DNA of 64,000 nt, taken from Clostridia bacterium. GTDB taxonomy: Bacteria > Bacillota > Clostridia > UBA1212 > UBA1255. The DNA lies in the NCBI GenBank assembly GCA_017620915.1, contig JAFZSK010000051.1:24215-88214 (forward strand). Direction: 5' to 3'. Shown here in pieces: positions 55,383 through 64,000 of this stretch. The notes beneath the pieces are model-generated. The model did no database searches, was not told where the DNA came from, and saw only the letters and a list, made by a program, of their open reading frames with translations. Numbering within the stretch: the stretch's first letter is position 1; every line of letters starts with the position of its first letter. The position numbers and the translations under genes were made by a program.

Positions 55383-56870
55383 ATGATCAGTAAAAACATA
55401 GATCGCTCCGCAGCGGGCACGATATCGCGAGGCAGAGGTCTGTCCCCGGTCAAAACGGCGGCAGTACTGGCTGCCTTGCTCGCGTTGTGCGGCGGTATTG
55501 CGGGCTGTAATACGACGCCGGCGGGGCCGCGGTTTACGAGCGGACCGCTGCCAACGGCAGATACTGATACAACGGAATTGCCCGCAACTGTGCCTGCCAC
55601 GGCCGCGCCGACAGAGGCCCCGACGGATACGCCGGTCACCGAAACCCCAACAGCCACGACCGCGCCCGCGGTCAATGGACTGTTCATTGGTTCTGACAAC
55701 CCTGCCGCGCTGGCGCTCATCGCAGGGCTGGCGGAGCCGGAAAGAGTGATAATGACGCCGGAGCAGATCGCCGCGGACAACGCGCGAATGCTCCGGGAAT
55801 GCGATAAATTGACCGGCCTCGCCGCAATGCCGGATACATTGTCGCGGGAAGAACTGCAGGCGCGGCTGAACGCCGCGAAACTGCCCGCGCTGCCCAAATA
55901 CGACAAGACCGGCCGCGCCATCACGCAGGAGGAATTCGACGCGATCTGTGAATTGCGGGATATTGACGCCGTACCGGGGCAAAACCCGGTGCGATACGGC
56001 ATCGTCGTGAAGCGCGCGGACCTGCGGCGGCTGCCTTCCGAACTGAGTTTTTACAATGCGCCGGACAACCCCCTCGACCGCATCCAGGAGACCGAACTGT
56101 ACGTGGGTATGCCGCTCCGGGTGCTGTGGCGCACCGCGGACAACGCATACTATTTCGTGGCCTCGTACTATTATTCCGGCTGGACGCGGGCGGACAACGT
56201 AGCGCTCTGCGCCACGGAAGCGGAATGGCAGGAATTCGCGGCGCCGGAGCGTTTCGCGGTGATCACCGATGCGCTGCTCGGGCCGGACAACGCAGGCGGC
56301 GAATATCTGGACATGGGCGTTAAGCTGCCGCTGCGCACCGCTGCGGAAAGCGCTGACGACGGCCTGACCGTGTGGCAGCCGGTGCGGAACGGCGCCGGAA
56401 TGCTGGAAAAGCGGGAATTGACGCTGCCGCGGGCCTCCGCGCATGAAGGATATCTGACGTTCACTTACGCCAACTTCATCGCACAGGCCTTCAAGTATGA
56501 AGGTACAATGTACGGCTGGGGCGGGCTGGACAACGGAGTTGACTGCTCCTCCTTCGTGGCGAGCGTGCTCCGCGCATTCGGGTTCTACGTGCCCCGGGAT
56601 ACGTCGGATCAGCGCACCGCGGTGGGCGATTCGCGGGATGCGGCCGTTCTGACCGACGCGGAAAAGCTGGCGTTGTGCGCCGAACTGTGGCAGCGCGGCC
56701 CGGTGGTCGTTTATTCGAAAATACATACGCTGTTCTACTTAGGCGAGCAGGACGGCCGGGCGGTGTACATCCACGCGCCGGGCGCCGGCAAAAAAGTCGG
56801 GATCGCGTACGACCGTACACTGGAAGATATAATATACATTTGCGGTATTTACGGGGAGAATCTATCATGA
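55383..56870 (+). CDS. NlpC/P60 (C40) family peptidoglycan peptidase lipoprotein
   Basis: Lipobox IAGC. PT linker. The C-terminal papain-like catalytic motif is GVDCSSFVASVLRAFGFYVPRDTSDQ ... H. Confidence 0.7.
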   Translation: MISKNIDRSAAGTISRGRGLSPVKTAAVLAALLALCGGIAGCNTTPAGPRFTSGPLPTADTDTTELPATVPATAAPTEAPTDTPVTETPTATTAPAVNGLFIGSDNPAALALIAGLAEPERVIMTPEQIAADNARMLRECDKLTGLAAMPDTLSREELQARLNAAKLPALPKYDKTGRAITQEEFDAICELRDIDAVPGQNPVRYGIVVKRADLRRLPSELSFYNAPDNPLDRIQETELYVGMPLRVLWRTADNAYYFVASYYYSGWTRADNVALCATEAEWQEFAAPERFAVITDALLGPDNAGGEYLDMGVKLPLRTAAESADDGLTVWQPVRNGAGMLEKRELTLPRASAHEGYLTFTYANFIAQAFKYEGTMYGWGGLDNGVDCSSFVASVLRAFGFYVPRDTSDQRTAVGDSRDAAVLTDAEKLALCAELWQRGPVVVYSKIHTLFYLGEQDGRAVYIHAPGAGKKVGIAYDRTLEDIIYICGIYGENLS

Positions 56871-59815
56871 ACGAATTGTCGAAAATCATTCTGGTGATTA
56901 CACTGCTGGCGGTGATCATAGGCATGAGCCTGCTGGCCAATCAGGCGGGCAAAGTTTCCGCGAGCGGCGGGAGTCCTTCGCTGGTGCGGTCCGCGCTGGA
57001 GCTGGTGATCGGGGAGGAAGATACGCTCACGCTCAAAAATGATCCGGGCGATGTGAGCTGGACGTCCTCCGACACTGGCGTGGTGAGCGTTGACAACGGC
57101 GGCAATGTGAAAGGTATTGCCGCCGGTACGGCGGAGATCACCGCGGCCTGGGACGGCGGCAGCGAAGTCTGCAAAGTGTTTGTGGCGGAGAAAGAATTCA
57201 GCTTCGACGACAACATCCTGATCTCGATCTTCTGGCCGCCCACGCACGATTACATCAACGACGAACAGTACAAATACATGGCGGATGCGGAGATCGACTG
57301 GGTCATGGGTTCCGGCGACAACATGGGCAGCAAGGAAGACCAGCTTAAGATGCTGGAGCTTTGCTACAAATACGGCATCCACATGACCGTGGGCGACAGC
57401 CGGTTCGGCGGCAATCTGCTCAGCATGTCCGACAAACAGATCGCCGCGCTGGTGGCGGAATACCGCAACGTGCCCGGCGCCAACGGCTACTACATGCTGG
57501 ACGAGCCCTTCAATCCCAACGAGTTTATTAACGCGTACCGGGCGCTGGTGGCGCTGGATCCGAATTCGTACATGCACCTGAATTTCCTGCCGTACGGTGC
57601 GTACAGCTCGCTGGAGATGTACAAGGCGCAGATGGACGACTGGCTCAAATTGTGCGCCTCCACCGGCGTGAAGCAGCAGTACCTGATGTTCGACATGTAT
57701 CCGTTTTCACTGCAGGCGGGGTCCTTCAATGCGGATATGTTCTACAACAACCTGAACGCGGTGCGCGAAGTGGGTCTGGCCAACGGCGTAAAGACCGCCG
57801 ATTACATTCAGTCGGTGGAGCAGAGCGTGGCGTTCCGTTCCATGAACGAAGATGAGACGCGCTTCGAGATCAATCTGTCGCTGGCGTTCGGGCTGAAGCA
57901 GCTTTCCTACTTTACCTGGTTCACGCCGTACAACCGTTCCGAGCCTTTTGCGGACGGCATCATCAGCTACACCGGCGTGCCGAATCCCAAGTACGAATTC
58001 ATCTGCCGCCTCAACAAAGAAGTGCACAATATCGGCCCGGTGCTGGCGAAACTGGACAGCTTAGAGGTGTACGTGAGCCGTTCGGCCGTTACGACCTCTG
58101 TGCCGGTGATCCCCGACGACTTCTTCGTGCACAGCGCCGAGACCAAAAAGAACTTTACTGTTTCGTACATGCGCGACCGGGAGAGCGGCCGCAACTACTG
58201 CATGGTGGTCAACAACAACTTCAGCAAACCGGTGGAATTCCGACTGCAGTTTGACTCCGCGATCACGTCGCTGGAGTACATTTCGGAGGCGGACGGCAAT
58301 GTGTACAGCCAGGCGCTGGGCGCGGACAACATTGCCGCCTTCGAACTCAAAGCCGGCGGCGCGCGGCTGTTCCGGCTGCCGGAGAGTTTTGACTTCGCCG
58401 AAAAGCGCAAATGGGTGCCGCAGACCGGCGAGAACCTGGCGCTGCACGCGCAGGTGTACTGCGATTCTTCGCTGGGCTCCGGCGGCTGGTATATGTCCGG
58501 CCTCAATGACGGCCAGCGCTTCTCCAACAAGAGCATTAAAGGCTGGCAGTCCGTGAAGGGCGCGGAGCAGGGCTTGATAACGCTGGATTTCGGTCAGGAT
58601 GTGACGTTCAACCGGATCGATCTGTTCCCCGCGGGCGATGACGTGGATTACGGCGAGGATATGCCGAAAAAGTTCGAAGTCGCCGTCTCCCGCGACGGGG
58701 AGAACTGGTATAAACTGGCCTCTGCGCAAGATTTCAAGATGGTGGGCCTCAACGTGCCGTCGCTGCAATTTAGCGCGGTCTCGGCGCGGTTCGTTCGCAT
58801 ACTTATTAGCGAATTCAACGGGGATAAGGTGCGGCTCGCCGAGATCGAGGTGTACGACGATGACGGCAGCGTGGGCGACGCGGTCTCGATACAGGATGTC
58901 GTGGTCGTGCCCCGGGGCAGCGTGGTCAATAAATATAAAGCAGGCGGCAACATTGCCCGCTCCAAAACAGTGATCACATCTTCGTATCCGGACGGCGGCT
59001 CGTACAAGAGCTGGGGCTGGTGGCCGGATTTCCTGGTGGACGGCAATTACGCCAGCGGCTGGACGTCGGACGTGAAGCGGCATATGGACAGCGCCAACAA
59101 TACGGAGTACGCCATCGTTGACCTCGGCGATCCGTACGCGATAAGCGAGATCCGCCTGATCCCGCTGGGCTGCTGGCCGGTGGATTTCACGTTGTCCGTT
59201 TCGAGCGACCGGAAAAACTGGCAGACCGTGGCTACCGAGACCAAGGCGAAAGAATGTAAAGACGAATATAACTGTAACGCAGGCGGCGTGGTTGGACGCT
59301 ACGTGATGGTGCGGGCCACGAAACTGCGGGGCACCTCCGCGGACGGCTTCATGCTGCAGCTGGGCGAGCTGGAGGTGTACGGCACTCCGGTCAAAGACGC
59401 GGATGAAGCCCGCGCGCTGATGGATGAGTTCCTGAAGGCGGGCGGCAATTCGAACAGCGAAAATTATAAAAACGCGGCGGCACTGCTGGACAACGAAAAC
59501 GCCACCCAGTCGCAGCTGGACGCGGCGCTGGTCGCCATGCTGGCCGAAGTGGGCAAAACGCTGGCGGAGCCGGAACAGAAGCAGCAGGATCCGTCGGTGT
59601 ACAAGTTTGAGTACGTGGAAAATGTCGGCGATATTGCCGCCTCCACGCCCTGTCCGACGCGGGAACCCGGCAGCACGCCGGAGAGCAGCGGCAACAACAA
59701 AAACGACAAAGCCGCGCGCAACGCCGCGATCATTGCCGCCGGCGCAGTGGCCGCGACGGCCGCGGCTATTGCCGTAACGGCCGCGGTAAAGTCAAAGAAA
59801 CGTAAAACGGAGTGA
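56868..59815 (+). CDS. Large secreted multi-domain carbohydrate-active protein: Big_2, GH-like TIM barrel, 2x F5/8-type C (CBM32-like), C-terminal hydrophobic anchor
   Basis: Start at MNELSKII with a signal/TM. A Big_2 Ig-like domain. Two discoidin blocks each ending in ...EIEVY/ELEVYG. The C-terminal AIIAAGAVAATAAAIAVTAAVKSKKRKTE tail has no LPXTG. Confidence 0.6.
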
Positions 59816-59819
59816 TTTT

Positions 59820-61793
59820 ATGGGCAGGATCATCGTTCTGGACGAACTCACCGCGTCGCAGATCGCGGCGGGCGAGGTCATAGAGAGACCGGCTTCAGTG
59901 GTGAAGGAGACGGTGGAAAACTCGGTCGACGCGGGGGCAACTTCTGTCACGGTCGAGATCCGCTCCGGCGGCATCAAGTATATCCGCGTCACGGACAACG
60001 GCTCCGGTTTCGAACCGGATGATGCCGTCATTGCCTTCGACAAGCACGCCACCAGCAAGATCCGTTCGGGTGAAGACCTGATGTCGGTATCTACGCTGGG
60101 GTTCCGCGGTGAAGCATTGGCGTCGATCGCGGCCGTGGCGGACGTGGAACTGCTCAGCCGCACCGAAAGCGAAGAGCAGGGAGTATATGTGCATATTCGT
60201 GGCGGCGACGTGCTGGAGTGTTCGCGGCGCGGCAGTCCCAAAGGCACGGTGCTGACGGTCCGGGATCTGTTCTACAATGTGCCGGCGCGCTATAAATTCT
60301 TAAAAAAAGACCAGACTGAGGCGGCATATGTGGCGGAAACGGTACAAATGCTGGCGCTGGCCAATCCGGACGTGGCGTTCCGGCTGATCTCAGGCGGGCA
60401 GGAGCTGCTGCGCACGCCCGGGAGCGGGCTGGAAGCAGCGGTGTTCAGCATTTTCGGACGGGAGGCAATGAAAGACCTGCTGCCGGTGGCGTACACCGAC
60501 GGGGAGAACACGGTCAAAGGCTTCACCGGCGTTCGCGACTGTATTTTCGGCACCCGTGGACGTCAATTCTTTTTCGTCAACGGCCGCTCGGTCAAAAGCC
60601 GCCTGCTGGCCTCCGCGCTGGACGAAGCGTACAGCACGGTCACGATGAAGCACCGCTTTCCGATGTGCGTGCTGAACGTGTCTGTCCCGTTGTCCAAACT
60701 TGACGTCAACGTCCATCCGGCCAAGACCGAAGTCCGCTTCGCCTCGGAGCGCGCGGTGTTCGGCGCGGTGCTGACGGCGGTCATAAACGCGCTGTTGTCC
60801 GAGAACCGCAGCGCCCCGGAGCCTGCGGAAAACCGCGTTTTCAGCAGGCCGGTTGTGGAAAACCCTGTGGAAAACCGGCGGGAAACGTGGAAAACCCCGG
60901 TCGTTCCTGTCGAAAACCGGCCGGTGGAGCTGGAAATACCGCCGCAGACGGCAGATGTTACGCCGCGGCTGCCGGATATCCCGCCGAGGCAGTTCGGCCA
61001 GACGCCGGCACAGCCGAATACGCTGCCGACCGCACCGGAAACACCGGCTGCCGGTACGGTGTATGAGCGTGTTGACCCCGCGCCGTACGAGGTGGCGGAC
61101 AACAAAACCGAAACGGGCGTTTATGAACAGGCGGGTATTGCCCCGTCTGTCGAAGGACCCACGGCTGCGGACGTTCCCGCGACCGGCACGTACAACGAGA
61201 CCGACGTGTATACCCGCGGCCGGATAATCGGCCAGTATTTAAAAACATACATCCTGCTGGAGATCGACGGCGAACTGGCTGTCATAGATCAGCATGCGGC
61301 CCACGAGCGCATCAAATACGAGGCGATCTGTGCGGCAATGGACCGCGCGGACGCGGCGCTGCCCGTCAGCCCGATGCTGATTCCGGCGACGGTGCGGCTC
61401 ACCGCGGCGGAAAAACTGTGGCTTAATGACAATATTGACAGCTTCACCGCGGCGGGATTCGAGATCGACGATTTCGGGCCGGATACCGTGATCGTGCGGG
61501 CGGTGCCGTCGGCGTTGTCCGAAGCGGACCCGGAAGAGATGCTGCTGGAAGGGATACGGGCGGCAATGTCCGCCAAAGGTCCGTCACAGGAAGTTTTCCG
61601 CACCGAGGCGCTCGATACGATGGCCTGCAAGGCGGCGATCAAGGCCAACCACGCTCTTACTTTCGACGAGATCCGCGGCCTGCTGGCGTCCCTGGCGAAC
61701 CTGAAAAACTCCGCCACCTGTCCGCACGGCCGCCCCATCGTGATACGCATAAAATCCCACGAACTGGAAAAGAGGTTCAAGCGATGCCTTTGA
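59820..61793 (+). CDS. mutL: DNA mismatch repair protein MutL
   Basis: GHKL ATPase motifs QIAAGEVIERPASVVKE and DNGSGF. The C-terminal dimerisation region has a low-complexity linker. Confidence 0.9.
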   Translation: MGRIIVLDELTASQIAAGEVIERPASVVKETVENSVDAGATSVTVEIRSGGIKYIRVTDNGSGFEPDDAVIAFDKHATSKIRSGEDLMSVSTLGFRGEALASIAAVADVELLSRTESEEQGVYVHIRGGDVLECSRRGSPKGTVLTVRDLFYNVPARYKFLKKDQTEAAYVAETVQMLALANPDVAFRLISGGQELLRTPGSGLEAAVFSIFGREAMKDLLPVAYTDGENTVKGFTGVRDCIFGTRGRQFFFVNGRSVKSRLLASALDEAYSTVTMKHRFPMCVLNVSVPLSKLDVNVHPAKTEVRFASERAVFGAVLTAVINALLSENRSAPEPAENRVFSRPVVENPVENRRETWKTPVVPVENRPVELEIPPQTADVTPRLPDIPPRQFGQTPAQPNTLPTAPETPAAGTVYERVDPAPYEVADNKTETGVYEQAGIAPSVEGPTAADVPATGTYNETDVYTRGRIIGQYLKTYILLEIDGELAVIDQHAAHERIKYEAICAAMDRADAALPVSPMLIPATVRLTAAEKLWLNDNIDSFTAAGFEIDDFGPDTVIVRAVPSALSEADPEEMLLEGIRAAMSAKGPSQEVFRTEALDTMACKAAIKANHALTFDEIRGLLASLANLKNSATCPHGRPIVIRIKSHELEKRFKRCL

Positions 61794-62749
61794 TCCCGGA
61801 ACTCAAAACTCGGGAGCGGCAGCCGGATAACGGGCTTCCGCACGTTTTGTGCATCGCGGGTCCCACGGCCAGCGGTAAAACTTCGCTGGCTGTCGAGGCC
61901 GCGCAGCTGCTGGGCGGCGAGATCATTTCCGCGGATTCCATGCAGATCTACAAGTATATGGATATCGGCACCGCCAAGCCAACGGCGGCGGAGCAGGGGG
62001 GGATCCCGCACCACCTTATCGATTTTCTGGAGCCCTCGGAGGAATACAGCGTGGTGCAGTACGTTGAGGCGGCCAAAGCGCTGATCACGGATATCTCGCA
62101 CCGCGGCCGGGTCCCCATTATCGCGGGCGGCACCGGGCAATACATCAGCGCGCTGGTGGATAATCTGGATTTCGACCGGTCCGAGCCGGATCCGGCAATA
62201 AAAGCAGAAGTGGAAGCGCAGCTCGCGGAGCGGGGGAGAGATCACATTCACGCGCGGCTCGCGGAACTGGATCCGGACGCCGCGGAACAGATCCACCCCA
62301 ACAACGTTAAACGCGTTGTACGGGCGCTGGAGATGCGGCTCACTACGGGGCTTACTCTGACCGAGCGCAACGCAAACTCGCGTAAGAGACCCGTTTTTGC
62401 GCGTTACAGCGTGTTTGGGATCGACGTTGACCGCACGGAACTGTATGCGCGCATCGACCGGCGCGTTGACGCCATGATCGCCGCGGGACTGGAAGCCGAA
62501 GCGCGCTTCGTGGCGACGCTGCATCCCGGCCGCACGGCCTCCCAGGCGATCGGTTACAAAGAATTCGCGCCGTACTTTGCCGGCGAAGCGACGCTCGGCG
62601 AAGTGACGGAACTGATCAAGAAAAACTCCCGCAATTACGCGAAGCGCCAGCTCACCTGGTTCCGGAGACCGGACTGGGTCAACTGGCGCACCGCCGACGA
62701 TATTTTATCTGTTTTAGCGCGTTATCCCAGTGTCACATCCACGTCGTAA
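61784..62749 (+). CDS. miaA: tRNA dimethylallyltransferase
   Basis: P-loop GPTASGKT. MiaA motifs DSMQIYK and LIDFLEPSE. 10-nt overlap with mutL. Confidence 0.85.
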   Translation: MPLIPELKTRERQPDNGLPHVLCIAGPTASGKTSLAVEAAQLLGGEIISADSMQIYKYMDIGTAKPTAAEQGGIPHHLIDFLEPSEEYSVVQYVEAAKALITDISHRGRVPIIAGGTGQYISALVDNLDFDRSEPDPAIKAEVEAQLAERGRDHIHARLAELDPDAAEQIHPNNVKRVVRALEMRLTTGLTLTERNANSRKRPVFARYSVFGIDVDRTELYARIDRRVDAMIAAGLEAEARFVATLHPGRTASQAIGYKEFAPYFAGEATLGEVTELIKKNSRNYAKRQLTWFRRPDWVNWRTADDILSVLARYPSVTSTS

Positions 62750-63933
62750 TAGCTGCCGCTCCAGTGTCCGAAATGCGAGCTCGTCAGCCGGTATATCCGG
62801 ATCGTGACCGTGTCGCCCGCGCTGCACTGATTCTTCAGCGCCACCAGGTCTTCCGCCTCGCGCACTTCCGTGCCGTTGAACGCCACGATGATGTCATCGG
62901 CGGCAATGCCCGCCTTCGCCGCGGGACTGTCCGCGATCACCGAACTCACCAGCAGACCGCCGGGATAGCCCAGTCTCTCGAGATACGCGGCGGAGTAGTC
63001 GCTGTTCAGTTCGACGCCCAGGTATGCGGTCTTGACGCTGCCGTTTTTGATGATGTCGGTGCAGATGCGGACAACGTCGTTGACCGGTATCGCGAAACCC
63101 ATGCCCTCGTATCCTTCCACGCTGACTTTCGCGCTGTTGATGCCGATCAGGCAGCCGCTTTCGTCCGTGGGCGCACCGCCGGAGTTGCCCGGGTTGATGG
63201 CTGCGTCGGTCTGGATGAGTTTCAGCGATTTATACGTGGTGTCGATCTGTATCGAGCGGTTTAGGCCGCTGATGATGCCCTGACTCACCGAGCCCAGGAA
63301 CTGGAGACCGCCCGGATTGCCGATCGCCACCGCCGTATCGCCGACATTTATTTTGTCCGAATCGCCGAGTTCGATGGGCGTAAGTCCGGTCTTATCGATC
63401 TTGACCACCGCCAGGTCCGCGCCCTGGTCGTAGCCGATGACCACGCCCGGGATCGCCGTATCGGGGTCGGTGTAAAGGAATATGTTGAGCGTAGCGTTCG
63501 GGTTGGTCTCGCCCGCGCCGGTCAATACCGCACTGATCACATGATAGTTTGTGATAATATATCCGTCGTCCGAAAAGATGACGCCCGAGCCCTCGCCGCC
63601 GGACACGGTGGTGCCGTAGCGGTACGAGGTGGAAGTGACTTTGACTTCGATGCCCACGACCGACGGGAGCACCTTGGCGGCGACTGCGGTGGCCGGGGAG
63701 GTGACGCCGTCAACGACTATGCTTACCTGAGAATCTGACCCGGGGACAGAGGTCTGCGAAGTACCGACGCCGGACAACCCCGTATCGGTGGCGGCCGGTT
63801 CGGCGGTGCCGGCAATAAGCGTATTGCCGTTTTTTTGTTTATCCAGTACGAGCAGTTTATAGCCGGCCAGACAGATCAGGCCGCTCAGCAGGCTGCAGAC
63901 CAGACAGAGCGCGATCACCGCCGGAATGCTCAT
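62722..63933 (-). CDS. HtrA/DegP-like S1C serine protease with PDZ domain (may extend beyond window edge)
   Basis: TM anchor. Catalytic His (TNYHVI), GDSGG-like GNSGGAP, and a C-terminal PDZ. The frame is still open upstream of ATG 63933 to nt 64000. 28-nt convergent overlap with miaA. Confidence 0.8.
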   Translation of the reverse strand: MSIPAVIALCLVCSLLSGLICLAGYKLLVLDKQKNGNTLIAGTAEPAATDTGLSGVGTSQTSVPGSDSQVSIVVDGVTSPATAVAAKVLPSVVGIEVKVTSTSYRYGTTVSGGEGSGVIFSDDGYIITNYHVISAVLTGAGETNPNATLNIFLYTDPDTAIPGVVIGYDQGADLAVVKIDKTGLTPIELGDSDKINVGDTAVAIGNPGGLQFLGSVSQGIISGLNRSIQIDTTYKSLKLIQTDAAINPGNSGGAPTDESGCLIGINSAKVSVEGYEGMGFAIPVNDVVRICTDIIKNGSVKTAYLGVELNSDYSAAYLERLGYPGGLLVSSVIADSPAAKAGIAADDIIVAFNGTEVREAEDLVALKNQCSAGDTVTIRIYRLTSSHFGHWSGSYYDVDVTLG

Positions 63934-64000
63934 CCGGCCCCGCGTGCGTTTGGAATCGGCGGCGCTGTTAGCGCCGGCGGATGCCGTGGTGCCCGCTGCC

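Noticed and set aside
53264-56002. 912-aa minus-strand ORF opposite metG and the NlpC/P60 gene
   Set aside because: Shadow ORF. metG on the plus strand is unambiguous (HIGH/KMSKS).

Overview
This is a 64 kb chromosomal segment, about 60% GC, most consistent with a Gram-positive Clostridia-type anaerobe (many 'LxxC' lipoprotein signals, SufCB, MgtC, DegV, HicAB/RelBE, a TlpA homologue).

About 60 genes were called. Housekeeping calls: rdgB (5' partial), trmL, maf, sufC-sufBD, ribF, lgt, ftsW/rodA-family, metG, mutL, miaA, an htrA-like protease, tRNA-Ser(GCT) and an initiator-like tRNA-Met(CAT). Carbohydrate calls: a putative sugar-catabolic cluster (Fe-S aldo/keto reductase, mutarotase-like, FucI-like isomerase, FGGY kinase), a GT4 glycosyltransferase plus PlsC-like acyltransferase pair, and several secreted or lipoprotein carbohydrate-active proteins. 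Other calls: tandem MgtC paralogues, a PadR-DUF1700-DUF4097 operon, and two type II toxin-antitoxin pairs (hicAB next to tRNA-Ser; relBE with an autoregulatory operator overlapping its promoter).

The most unusual content is non-coding. Three composite elements each have a GC-rich core carrying the same block, roughly CCGCGGATCTCACG(A/C)GCGGT, set between inverted runs of AT-rich short tandem repeats (7-mer YAAGTTN or 8-mer GAATTAGG units). Related solitary repeat arms form entire intergenic spacers, supply the last codons of several genes, and sit immediately upstream of good sigma-70 promoters. An amidohydrolase gene is precisely bracketed by inverted GCAAATG heptamer runs. Two runs of YAAGTTN repeats flank an AT-rich 0.8 kb cassette. 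That cassette holds an unannotated 34-codon membrane-peptide ORF with a convergent antisense promoter and terminator, the arrangement typical of type I toxin-antitoxin systems. There is also a 3.3 kb low-GC islet next to the variant initiator tRNA (SHOCT membrane protein plus a 582-aa Sel1-repeat protein). A thiol-disulfide module (TlpA, a small TM ORF, and a NapH-like 4Fe-4S protein fused to a P-loop kinase) shows an apparent frameshift.

Many long ORFs in the six-frame track are antisense shadows of real high-GC genes and were rejected. All functional calls come from motif and family recognition by eye; no database searches were run.
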